Source: a gamma proteobacterium HTCC2207
GTDB lineage: Bacteria > Pseudomonadota > Gammaproteobacteria > Pseudomonadales > Porticoccaceae
Length of the DNA stretch: 51,379 bases
Reading direction: 5' to 3'
NCBI GenBank assembly: GCA_905181925.1
Contig: CAJIZU010000001.1
Coordinates: 1 to 51,379, forward strand
Under the pieces are notes generated by a model, which saw only the letters and a program-made list of their open reading frames with translations, did no database searches and was not told the origin of the DNA. This document shows, piece by piece, positions 9,977-19,170 of the stretch (positions within the stretch are counted from its first letter, which is position 1; the number at the start of each line of letters is the position of its first letter). The translations under genes were made by a program, and so were the position numbers.

Positions 9977-10015
9977 AAACAAAAAAGGCGGCCCAAGAGG
10001 CCGCCTTTTTTGTTT
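9977..10015 (+). terminator. Rho-independent terminator (bidirectional form) after rplS
   Basis: AAACAAAAAAGGCGGCC-CAAGA-GGCCGCCTTTTTTGTTT is a perfect inverted repeat with a U tract. Confidence 0.92.
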
Positions 10016-10290
10016 TACCAACCCTCACATTTAAATATTAAATCGTTAAAATTCTCGGTTCCCTACTACACACTTTTTGTATAAAAAAGTGATCCATTAA
10101 TTCGTAAATATCGTACGCAAAATGAAGGTGCGCTACTTATCCGTGGTGTAAACAAGATTATAGATAAAATATTCAATTATCTATAGAGTGCTATGATGGG
10201 TGTGGTCTTTTAATAGAAAAAAATCTTCTATAAAAATATATTTAGAAAGATCAACATCGAATGAATTCAATTCATTAAAGGATTATTAAC

Positions 10291-10968
10291 ATGCATGCGC
10301 TTATAGTTGATGATCATGCTTTTGTTTGTGTGGGGCTAAAAGCAACATTGTTAGATGGATTAAGCGATATTAAAGTTAGTACCGCTAGCGACGGGGCTAA
10401 AGCTTTGGATATTCTTCTTAATGGCTCTATAGACCTTGCCGTAATCGATTTGTTTATGCCTGGTGGCGATGGTGGTTTTGACTTTATAGATACAGTGTGT
10501 CAGACCTACCCTAAACTTCCTATTATAGTTCTTTCCGCGTCAGAGAATCCTGCGCACATTAGAAAATGTCTAGACATAGGTGCCAAGGGGTTTGTCACTA
10601 AATCTGCACCTAAAGAGATATTATTTACTGCGATTACTAAAGTGCTAGCGGGCGACAGGTATATACCCAGCGCTCTGCTCACAGCCCAGGGGGATGGTGG
10701 CCGAGGGAATAGTGACCTTCAAGCGAGTGCTGATAACGTCACACAGCTGCTAACTGAGCGGCAGTTGGAAATTTTAGCGCTTATATCTAAGGGTCTTTCC
10801 AATAAACTGATTGCTCGTGAACTCTTTCTTTCTGAAAATACCGTCAAGGTTCATGTTAGCGCAATCTTGCGTGCTCTTAGTTTGAGTAATAGAACCCAAG
10901 CAGGTCTTGTCGGACAGAAGCTAGAAATTCTTAAAGTGGCACAACTTTCCCAAAATGGTGGATTATAA
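10291..10968 (+). CDS. NarL/FixJ-family response regulator (REC + LuxR HTH)
   Basis: IVDDH, phosphoacceptor DLFMP, GFVTK; LTERQLEIL...GLSNKLIARELFLSENTVKVH HTH. Confidence 0.93.
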   Translation: MHALIVDDHAFVCVGLKATLLDGLSDIKVSTASDGAKALDILLNGSIDLAVIDLFMPGGDGGFDFIDTVCQTYPKLPIIVLSASENPAHIRKCLDIGAKGFVTKSAPKEILFTAITKVLAGDRYIPSALLTAQGDGGRGNSDLQASADNVTQLLTERQLEILALISKGLSNKLIARELFLSENTVKVHVSAILRALSLSNRTQAGLVGQKLEILKVAQLSQNGGL

Positions 10969-13252
10969 TGCCCTCCATTGCTCAGATACTGTTAGTGTTC
11001 AAGGTGCTGTGTTGATTAAATGGCGCTCTTTCTTCTCGGGCCTTTACGCCCGTATGGTATTCACCACATTAATTCCATTACTGGCATTTGCGTCTCTAAT
11101 CGGCTATTACATAGTTTCTAGCCAAAGCCGAGATATTGAAGACTTCCAGTATTTGATGGGCGAATTGGCAGTAGAGCAGCTAGTCAATCATGCGGGTGAT
11201 GCACTTGTTGCGTATGATCTTGACGTGCTGAATAAAGAAGCAAATCATCTTTTTAATATATCTGGTGTTGATGGCATGGTTCTGCACAACATAGCCATGG
11301 AAAAGACTTTGGCATTGGGTAGTATCAGTTTGCAGAACCTACCTCCTATCTCCAGTTTTGAATCTGGCTTGCCGTTGGTAGATGCAGGCCACCAATATTT
11401 CTTAAGAGATATTCGGCGATCAAAAGACTCAGCTATCCCTTCATCGCGGCAGGAGAAGGTTGGTTGGGTCATAGTGGCTATTGATAGACAGTTTTTGGCG
11501 GGCCGAGAGGAAGAGAAAGTCATTAATACTATTTTGGTAATAGTTTTTAGTCTTTTCGTCGCAGCTTGGTTGTCAATTCGCTTTACCCGAAGCGTCTCTA
11601 TGCCCATTGAAAGACTGAATACTCTGGTTAAAAAGATGGCCGTTGGCAAATTAGATGATCTTGCTGAAGAAGACGGCCCCGATGAGGTGCGCTTGCTAGC
11701 GAATGGTATCAATACGCTAGCGGTTACCATTAGACAGGCTAACGCCCGAATGGAGCGTGAAATCACCCGAGCCACAGCCCAGTTACATGCCACTCTTGTT
11801 GAGCTTGAAGAAGTAGCCGAGGCACAAAATCAGTTTTTGGCTCGGATGAGTCATGAATTGCGCACACCATTGACTGCGGTGATCGGTTTTTCGAGACTTG
11901 TTGCTTCTGAAAAAAATACCGACAAAAGACATGATTACCTTGGGGTAGTTGATGTCTCGTCAACAATGCTCCTCACTATGATTGATGATATTTTGGAATT
12001 TTCTAAGGCACATTCTGCAGGTTTTCGTCTTGAAAAAATTAATTTTGATTTAAGAAAATGGGTTGATGACGTGGTTGCAATTCATCAGCAATCTGCATTA
12101 GATAAAAATCTGTCACTTCATTTGGAGGTTATAGGCGCGCTACCAAGCTTAGTTCGTGGCGACCCTGTTCGACTAGCACAGGTGGTTAGTAATCTACTGG
12201 GTAATGCGATTAAATTTACCGATGAAGGTTCAATTTGGATTCAGCTAGAGGTCGATACATCTCAGCCAAATATTAGTGTGTTACATTGCTCGGTTAAAGA
12301 TTCAGGCAAAGGCATAGCGGACGATAAAAAAGCGTCTTTATTCGAGCCATTTTCCCAGGAAGATGAATCCATTAACCGGCGTTATGGAGGTGCTGGTCTT
12401 GGTCTGTCCATATGTAAGCGTCTGGTTAACCTCATGGATGGAGAAATAGAAATTGAGAGTACTCTTGGGCTGGGGTCTGACATCAGTTTTACCTGTCGCT
12501 TGTTCGAAGCGACAGAGAGTGGTCTTAGTGACTTAGATAATAAGACTTCGATGCCGATTGATGAGATTCTTCGTGGATCCAGTATTTTGATAGCTGAAGA
12601 TAATCACTTCTCTCAGCGACTGATCGTCAAATTATTAAAAGGTTATGGTGCTGACTGTCTTGTTGCTAACAATGGATTGGAAGCTACTGAAATTGCTCGA
12701 CTGCTGCACGTTGATATAGTTTTGATGGATGTTCATATGCCTGTGATCGACGGCGTGAGTGCCTGTGATGCAATTGTTAATCAGTCATCAGCCAGTCCTC
12801 CAGTTATAGGCTTAACTGCTGACATCACTGGGGATGGTGAAGCTAAAATGTTAGAGGCTGGCGCAGAGCTAGTATTGCAAAAGCCATTTAATGAAACTCA
12901 TTTGATTAATTCAATTCTCTCAATATTAAAGAATAGAGAGAAAATACTGCAGTCTTCAGGCGATGGAATATTGTCATCATTAATTCCAGTCGCCGAACTC
13001 AAAGAAACCTTACAAAAATGTTTAGACGAATTAGAGGGTCAGCTACGGCAATTGAGCAATGGTAATTTACAGCAGGGTCTACATGATCTTCTCGGGTTAT
13101 CCGGGTTGTATGGGATGACACAATTTAGAGAAATGGTACTCTCATTTAAGGCCTCCTATGGAAGTTCATCCACCGAGCAAAATTTAGAAAAGATAAACGT
13201 TATCAGACAGCACGTCGATGAAACGCTGACACCTGATCAGGTAACCGGCTAA
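10955..13252 (+). CDS. Hybrid sensor histidine kinase, BarA/GacS-like (2 TM, HAMP, HisKA, HATPase, REC, probable Hpt)
   Basis: MSHELRTPL, NLLGNAIKFT, DSGKGI, GAGLGLSI, AEDN...MDVHMP and C-terminal LHDLLGLSGLYG. The true start may be GTG 11009 or TTG 11012. Confidence 0.9.
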   Translation: MVDYNALHCSDTVSVQGAVLIKWRSFFSGLYARMVFTTLIPLLAFASLIGYYIVSSQSRDIEDFQYLMGELAVEQLVNHAGDALVAYDLDVLNKEANHLFNISGVDGMVLHNIAMEKTLALGSISLQNLPPISSFESGLPLVDAGHQYFLRDIRRSKDSAIPSSRQEKVGWVIVAIDRQFLAGREEEKVINTILVIVFSLFVAAWLSIRFTRSVSMPIERLNTLVKKMAVGKLDDLAEEDGPDEVRLLANGINTLAVTIRQANARMEREITRATAQLHATLVELEEVAEAQNQFLARMSHELRTPLTAVIGFSRLVASEKNTDKRHDYLGVVDVSSTMLLTMIDDILEFSKAHSAGFRLEKINFDLRKWVDDVVAIHQQSALDKNLSLHLEVIGALPSLVRGDPVRLAQVVSNLLGNAIKFTDEGSIWIQLEVDTSQPNISVLHCSVKDSGKGIADDKKASLFEPFSQEDESINRRYGGAGLGLSICKRLVNLMDGEIEIESTLGLGSDISFTCRLFEATESGLSDLDNKTSMPIDEILRGSSILIAEDNHFSQRLIVKLLKGYGADCLVANNGLEATEIARLLHVDIVLMDVHMPVIDGVSACDAIVNQSSASPPVIGLTADITGDGEAKMLEAGAELVLQKPFNETHLINSILSILKNREKILQSSGDGILSSLIPVAELKETLQKCLDELEGQLRQLSNGNLQQGLHDLLGLSGLYGMTQFREMVLSFKASYGSSSTEQNLEKINVIRQHVDETLTPDQVTG

Positions 13253-13288
13253 TATTTGTTTGTACTCCCCAGTAAATAAGACATAGAC

Positions 13289-13297
13289 TGATAGAAT
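13289..13297 (+). promoter_or_regulatory. Candidate extended -10 promoter of rnr
   Basis: TGATAGAAT (TGn + TAGAAT) about 63 nt upstream of the rnr ATG. Confidence 0.4.
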
Positions 13298-13360
13298 GCC
13301 GAGACGCATGAAACTTCTGTCTCTGACTCTTCTTTTATACAAGCGTAACCATAATTAATT

Positions 13361-15775
13361 ATGACAAAAAAAATAAAGACTAAAGATCCATTCGCCTCAC
13401 GAGAGGCTGATAATTACTCTAGGCCAGTACCAAGTAGAGAGTTCTTGTTAGACTTCTTGAGTGAAAGCGTAGGTCCATTGACGCATAAAGAAATATGTTC
13501 CGCATTACAATTACAGGATGAAGAGCAAATTGAGGCAATGCGTCGGCGTTTGCGTGCAATGGAGCGTGATGGGCAAGTCGCTCGTAATCGAAGGGACGGT
13601 TATGGCACCTTGGATAAACTCAGTTTAGTCAAAGGTAGAGTCATCGGCCATCCCGAAGGGTATGGATTTGTAAAACCAGCGCATGGCGAAAGCGACGACA
13701 TTTATTTGTCGAGCACTCAAATGCGTCGTGTGTTTGATGGCGACGTTGTTTTGGTTCGAATATCAGGCCGAGATCGTCGAGGCAGGCCTGAGGGTAGTTT
13801 AGTTGATGTTGTTGAGCGTAATACAAAACAGCTGGTTGGTCGTTACTTTAGTGAAAGTGGTATTTGCTTTGTGCGAGCCGATAACCCTCGAATTAGCCAA
13901 GATATATTAATTCCTGCTGATAAAGCTGGGGAAGCTAAGGCGGGACAAATCGTTGTTGTCGATGTGTTGGAACCCCCATCTCGAAGCAATTTACCGGTTG
14001 GAGCGATTGCGGAGATACTAGGCGACCATCTTGATCCAGGGTTAGAGGTTGAGATGTCGATCCGTAATTATGGAATTCCCCATCAGTGGAGTGCTTTAGT
14101 TAAAGCAGAAACTGCCGAGATTCCGGACGAAGTAACAGATACGCAATATCGTGTTGATTTAAGAAGTACGCCTCTAATTACTATCGATGGAGAAGATGCC
14201 CGAGACTTCGATGATGCGGTCTTCTGCCAAGCAAAACCGAGAGGTGGTTGGCGATTACTGGTAGCGATCGCGGATGTTTCTCACTACGTTACCGTCGGTT
14301 CAGCTCTAGATCAGCAAGCGTTTGAGAGGGGAAATTCAGTCTATTTCCCTAACCATGTAGTACCGATGCTGCCCGAGAAGTTATCTAATGGTCTCTGCTC
14401 GTTAAATCCTGCAGAAGACAGGCTCTGTATGGTGTGTGAAATGCATATTAGTGCAGAGGGTAATATTACTCGTTACCAATTTTCCGAAGCAGTTATGCAT
14501 TCACATGCACGTATGACCTATTCCCAGGTTGCGCAAATTATCAGTCAACAAGAAGAGGGTAATAAGTCAGGTATCCGCAAGCAGTTTGCTGCGATTGTTC
14601 CTCATATTGATGATCTCAATGATTTATATAAGGTCCTGAACAAATGCCGAGCAAAGCGCGGAGCAATAGACTTTGATTCTCAGGAAACGCGAATTTTATT
14701 TGATGGGCAGAGGAAGATTAGCCAGATTATTCCGGTTGAACGCACTGCGGCGCACCGATTAATCGAAGAATGTATGCTTTGTGCAAATGTGTGCTCCGCG
14801 ATGTTTCTTGAGAAAATCAAGATACCTGCTTTATATAGGGTGCATGAGGGGCCGAGCGAGGATCGGCTTGGATCGGTCAGAGAATTTCTCGCCGAGCTTG
14901 GTATGGGGTTAGGGGGAGGCGAAGACCCGCAACCTGAAGACTACCAGCGTGTGTTGCGCGCGAGTAAACACCGCGATGACGCTGCGGTTATTCAATCAGT
15001 AATGTTGCGCTCCATGAGCCAGGCAGTTTACCAACCGGAAAATTTAGGGCATTTTGGGCTCGCCTTTGAGGCCTATACGCATTTTACTTCTCCTATTCGA
15101 CGTTATGCAGATTTACTAGTGCATCGTGCGATTAGAAGCTTAATTCGAGGTAGTAAAAAGGTTTCCAATGTCCATAGGGTTGAGGGCGCTAAGCCTCTGC
15201 CGACTAAAGTTATTTATCCTTATGAAGAGGAGCAATTACAAGCTACTGGCGAGCATTTATCGGTTACTGAGCGTCGCGCCGATGAGGCCACAAGAGATGT
15301 GGTTAATTGGTTGAAATGCGAATACTTAATGGATCGTGTGGGCGAGAAATATACTGGCGTGGTAACTGCTGTCACTGGGTTTGGGTTGTTTGTGATGCTC
15401 GATGATCTTTATGTTGAAGGTTTAATACATGTCACTAGTTTGCCAAAAGATTACTATTATCATGAGGCCTCTCAGCATCGTATGATCGGTGAGCGCACAG
15501 GTAGAGTTTTCCGTTTAGGACAAAAATTAACAGTAGGTTTGGTAAGAGTTAATTTAGAAGAGCGTAAAATTGATTTTGAACTAATTGATGATGCTAACCA
15601 AAGCGCCGACCAGCTTGATAGTGAGAGAAATGTTAAAAAACGCAAAGGTCCGTCTAAGTCGGGTTCTTCAGGTGATCATGGTGGCAAGCGGGACACTCGA
15701 AGCAAGCCAGCCAATAAAAAACGTAAATCAGGTACGAAAAAGACCGCTAAAAAGAAGGCACCTAAAGCGCGCTAA
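13361..15775 (+). CDS. rnr: Ribonuclease R
   Basis: TIDGEDARDFDDAV, HFTSPIRRYADL, S1 domain and Lys-rich tail. Confidence 0.97.
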   Translation: MTKKIKTKDPFASREADNYSRPVPSREFLLDFLSESVGPLTHKEICSALQLQDEEQIEAMRRRLRAMERDGQVARNRRDGYGTLDKLSLVKGRVIGHPEGYGFVKPAHGESDDIYLSSTQMRRVFDGDVVLVRISGRDRRGRPEGSLVDVVERNTKQLVGRYFSESGICFVRADNPRISQDILIPADKAGEAKAGQIVVVDVLEPPSRSNLPVGAIAEILGDHLDPGLEVEMSIRNYGIPHQWSALVKAETAEIPDEVTDTQYRVDLRSTPLITIDGEDARDFDDAVFCQAKPRGGWRLLVAIADVSHYVTVGSALDQQAFERGNSVYFPNHVVPMLPEKLSNGLCSLNPAEDRLCMVCEMHISAEGNITRYQFSEAVMHSHARMTYSQVAQIISQQEEGNKSGIRKQFAAIVPHIDDLNDLYKVLNKCRAKRGAIDFDSQETRILFDGQRKISQIIPVERTAAHRLIEECMLCANVCSAMFLEKIKIPALYRVHEGPSEDRLGSVREFLAELGMGLGGGEDPQPEDYQRVLRASKHRDDAAVIQSVMLRSMSQAVYQPENLGHFGLAFEAYTHFTSPIRRYADLLVHRAIRSLIRGSKKVSNVHRVEGAKPLPTKVIYPYEEEQLQATGEHLSVTERRADEATRDVVNWLKCEYLMDRVGEKYTGVVTAVTGFGLFVMLDDLYVEGLIHVTSLPKDYYYHEASQHRMIGERTGRVFRLGQKLTVGLVRVNLEERKIDFELIDDANQSADQLDSERNVKKRKGPSKSGSSGDHGGKRDTRSKPANKKRKSGTKKTAKKKAPKAR

Positions 15776-16477
15776 TTACTTTACGTTGTGGTTTTTTGCG
15801 CGCAAATGATTTGGCAGTAGCAGGCTAGTTATCTCAGCAATATAATCGAGGAAGATTGTGCCCATATCTTCAGTATAATAAGAAGAGTCACTGTTTCCGA
15901 GTGCTAAAACCCCCAAATTACCTTCATTGCGTAATATTACTACTGCGGCAGATCCTAGAATATTTAGACTATCACCAAATAGAAAATTCATTGCTGATGC
16001 GCTTAACTGACCGCAGGTAGCATTAGTTCCGTTTAGTACTGAGGGGATTTCTTGGTTAGCTTTGTCGGGGGAAGAAATCCTAGCCAAGCTCTCTGGAAGG
16101 TTCTCCGCATGACCAAGCAGCGTTAGACTGTAAGCTTGGATACCATAATCCTTTTCCAAGCTATCATAAAGAGACTGCACCAGCTCGTTGAGATTCTTAG
16201 CTTTGAGTAGATTAGCGACGAGGCGGTTGGTCCTTTCAAACATGGCTTCATTATCTTGGGCTATAGAGTAAAGACCATCGAGTTGCTCACGCATTTCTTT
16301 ATTACGGTCTCGCAATGCAGCTAATTGCCGTTCAATCAGAGAGATCGCACCCTCAGGTTTGTGTGGGACTATCATGGTTTCTAGAATATCTGGGTTCTCA
16401 TCCAAAAATGTTGGATGGTCGCGAAGAAAACTACGGGCTTGCTTAACACTGATATCGGTTGATTTATCTTTACTCAT
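15776..16477 (-). CDS. DUF484 (YigA) family protein
   Basis: FLRDHPTF, VPH..GAISLIERQ and MGTIFL motifs; overlaps the dapF stop. Confidence 0.9.
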   Translation of the reverse strand: MSKDKSTDISVKQARSFLRDHPTFLDENPDILETMIVPHKPEGAISLIERQLAALRDRNKEMREQLDGLYSIAQDNEAMFERTNRLVANLLKAKNLNELVQSLYDSLEKDYGIQAYSLTLLGHAENLPESLARISSPDKANQEIPSVLNGTNATCGQLSASAMNFLFGDSLNILGSAAVVILRNEGNLGVLALGNSDSSYYTEDMGTIFLDYIAEITSLLLPNHLRAKNHNVK

Positions 16478-17304
16478 AACTTGATCTGTCCATGAAAACT
16501 AGTAATAGCCTGTCCGCTCATAATAAGGGAATGGCCCTCACCAGGCCAATTAATTGTTAAATTTCCCCCGGTTAGTGCAACGGTGACCGGTGAATCGACT
16601 AGCCCTTTTTGAATTGTCGCTACTGCGGCTGCGCATGCGCCAGAACCACAGGCTCGAGTCTCGCCTGAACCGCGCTCATGCACGCGTAGTTTAACATGCC
16701 GACGATTGACTACTTCTACAAAACCAACATTCACTTTGTTAGGAAAACGATAATGCTTTTCTATTTGAGATCCAATGGTACTGACTGGCGCCGAATCGAT
16801 ATCATCAACAAACATTACCGCGTGAGGATTGCCCATCGAGATGGCGGCAATCGCGACTGTTTGATCGCCTAAGTCAATGGGGTAGTTTGCTGATCGACAT
16901 TCAGCCTCGAATGGCAGGTCTTTAGGTTCAAACTGTGGAATACCCATATCAACTGAAATTGTATTATCTTTATTGATACTAAGGCCGATGATGCGATTCA
17001 TAGTTTTGACACGAATAGATTCTTTGCCAGACAACTTGCGATCTCTTACAAACCGAGCTAAACACCTAGCGCCATTGCCACATTGCTCGACTTCACTTCC
17101 GTCACTATTAAATATTCTATAGTTAAAATCTATATCGGTACTTGAAGGGGGTTCCACAATAAGCACTTGGTCACAGCCGATCCCTAAATGCCGGTCGGCG
17201 ATACGCCGGACAACCGCTGCTGAAAGGTTAATGTTTTGTGTCACAGCATCAATAACGACAAAGTCATTACCCAGACCATGCATTTTAGTGAATTTCATCC
17301 ACAT
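16474..17304 (-). CDS. dapF: Diaminopimelate epimerase
   Basis: FTKMHGLGNDF, EQCGNGARC and ERGSGETRACGSGAC motifs. Confidence 0.98.
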   Translation of the reverse strand: MWMKFTKMHGLGNDFVVIDAVTQNINLSAAVVRRIADRHLGIGCDQVLIVEPPSSTDIDFNYRIFNSDGSEVEQCGNGARCLARFVRDRKLSGKESIRVKTMNRIIGLSINKDNTISVDMGIPQFEPKDLPFEAECRSANYPIDLGDQTVAIAAISMGNPHAVMFVDDIDSAPVSTIGSQIEKHYRFPNKVNVGFVEVVNRRHVKLRVHERGSGETRACGSGACAAAVATIQKGLVDSPVTVALTGGNLTINWPGEGHSLIMSGQAITSFHGQIKL

Positions 17305-17329
17305 AATAATTCTTATAGCTATTGAACGA

Positions 17330-18586
17330 TCAATTGACCGGCAAAAGCTGCTCTCCTCTCGTCAGATCCTGAATAGTTTCTCGTTGACGGATCAGATAAA
17401 CATGATCGTCATCAACCATAATTTCTGGAGCACGGGGGCGGCTGTTGTAATTTGAACTCATTACGAATCCATAGGACCCTGCAGAGAATAGACACAAATA
17501 ATCGCCTTCTTTTACCTTTAGTGGGCGCTCTTTGCCTAAAAAATCTCCGCTTTCGCAGACAGGTCCAACGACATCATAAACCGCTTCATCTAGGTCGCTA
17601 TTATCAGAGATAGTCTGGATATCCATCCACGCCTGATAAAGTGACGGCCTCAACATATCGTTCATTGCTGCATCCACGATGACAAAGTTTTTATGATCAT
17701 TGGACTTTATGAATTGCACTTCCGTCAGCAGTACGCCGGCATTCGCAGTTATTGAGCGGCCTGGTTCTAAAATTAATGTTTCACTGCGTTGCCCCAGTAG
17801 TGGCAGTAATTCGCTCATATAGTCATCGACAGACTGAATAGATTCATCTCGATACCGAACGCCTAAGCCACCACCAATATCAATATGATTTAGACTTATT
17901 TTTAAGGCCTCAAGTTGGTCAACGAGTATTAGAAGTCTTTTCATAGCATCAACAAACGGAGCTACTTCTGTCAATTGTGAGCCAATATGGCAGTCGATGC
18001 CAATAAGATTAATGTTATCCATTAGCGAAGCACGCTGATAAACAGCCATGGCATTATTAATATCAATGCCAAATTTATCCTCTTTTAAGCCTGTGGAGAT
18101 ATACGGATGAGTGTTGGCATTAACATCTGGATTGACTCGAATCGACACTGGCGCTTTCATTGATAGTGCCGAGGCTGTTTTATTGAGTAATTCTAGCTCA
18201 GACTCAGATTCCACATTAAAGCAGTGAATGCCGATTTCCAATGCCCGTTGCATTTCCTGGCTGGTTTTACCAAGACCCGAAAATACCATCTTACTGGGAT
18301 CTCCTCCAGCTATCAGTACTCGCTCGAGCTCACCCACCGAAACTATGTCAAAACCAGCACCTAAAGCCGCTAAGGTCTGTAATACGGCAATATTCGAATT
18401 AGATTTGACCGCATAACAAATTAAGTGAGGCTGGTTACCCAAAGCGGTAACGTAGGATTCGTAGTTGCGTTCAATCGCTGCCTTGCTGTAAGCATAGCAA
18501 GGCGTACCGAACTGCTGGGCAACATCTGAGAGCGCGACCTTTTCCATAAATAGATCGCCGTTTTTCCGGTTAATTGTCGTGTGCAT
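17330..18586 (-). CDS. lysA: Diaminopimelate decarboxylase
   Basis: YAVKSN PLP lysine, HIGSQ, EPGR and GPVCESGD motifs. Confidence 0.97.
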   Translation of the reverse strand: MHTTINRKNGDLFMEKVALSDVAQQFGTPCYAYSKAAIERNYESYVTALGNQPHLICYAVKSNSNIAVLQTLAALGAGFDIVSVGELERVLIAGGDPSKMVFSGLGKTSQEMQRALEIGIHCFNVESESELELLNKTASALSMKAPVSIRVNPDVNANTHPYISTGLKEDKFGIDINNAMAVYQRASLMDNINLIGIDCHIGSQLTEVAPFVDAMKRLLILVDQLEALKISLNHIDIGGGLGVRYRDESIQSVDDYMSELLPLLGQRSETLILEPGRSITANAGVLLTEVQFIKSNDHKNFVIVDAAMNDMLRPSLYQAWMDIQTISDNSDLDEAVYDVVGPVCESGDFLGKERPLKVKEGDYLCLFSAGSYGFVMSSNYNSRPRAPEIMVDDDHVYLIRQRETIQDLTRGEQLLPVN

Positions 18587-18592
18587 ACGCGT

Positions 18593-18730
18593 TTAATTTT
18601 CTCTAAATTGGGAGTCAGCGATAAAGGTTTCAGCGGTGTCCTGAGGAAGATAAAGATCGCCACTATTACCACACCCACCGAGCGCGCCAAGACACAATAT
18701 TGTCAATAGCTCAGCAATACGTTTTCTCAT
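18593..18730 (-). CDS. lptM: Small lipoprotein LptM/YifL (LPS translocon maturation)
   Basis: MRKR-hydrophobic-LGGC lipobox followed by GNSGDLYLP; canonical position upstream of lysA-dapF; start ATG at 18730. Confidence 0.8.
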   Translation of the reverse strand: MRKRIAELLTILCLGALGGCGNSGDLYLPQDTAETFIADSQFREN

Positions 18731-18837
18731 GGTTATATTCCTAAAGTTAGGATGCGAAGTATAACGGTAGTGGCAGATTACAACTAAACAATTATACTGG
18801 CACCCTCGCCGCAAAAAACCAGTATGGATTGATAACA

Positions 18838-19170
18838 ATGAATGAAGCAGAGTTTAATCAAATCGTCGATGATCTAATGTTCTCTATTGAAGAGACTATC
18901 GATGATAGCGGAGCAGATATTGATTATGAGAACAGTGGTGGCATGCTCACATTAACCTGTGATGTTAATGGTTCGCAGATTATTCTGTCTAGGCAACCTT
19001 CCATGCGCGAAATTTGGCTAGCGGCGCAGTCTGGAGGCTTTCATTTTACGCTACAGGGCAAAGAGCAAAAGAGCTGGTGTAATACGGTTACTGGCGAGCT
19101 TTTATCAGTCATGTTGAGTTCAGCTTGTCTCGCACAATCATCAGAAACAGTTCATTTCGACTTTACTTAG
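18838..19170 (+). CDS. cyaY: Iron donor protein CyaY (frataxin)
   Basis: [18 protein letters not shown] and [20 protein letters not shown] motifs. Confidence 0.95.
   Translation: MNEAEFNQIVDDLMFSIEETIDDSGADIDYENSGGMLTLTCDVNGSQIILSRQPSMREIWLAAQSGGFHFTLQGKEQKSWCNTVTGELLSVMLSSACLAQSSETVHFDFT

Noticed and set aside
10163-10181. Fur-box-like GATAAAATATTCAATTATC
   Set aside because: Only 11/19 matches, all in the outer arms, in very AT-rich DNA. Kept only as a generic inverted repeat.
11245-11793. 182-aa antisense ORF inside the kinase (similar cases: 4167-4490, 6818-7159, 43737-44237, 45589-45981, 47227-47601, 50125-50505)
   Set aside because: These lie opposite well-supported genes, have no recognisable motifs, and are typical shadow ORFs.
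18731-18838. N-terminal extensions given by the ORF track (lptM, also the Nudix gene, rpsP, rplS, hemD, tilS, nlpD, ppa)
   Set aside because: Family N-termini and SD positions point to downstream starts, and the extensions overlap promoters or neighbouring genes.
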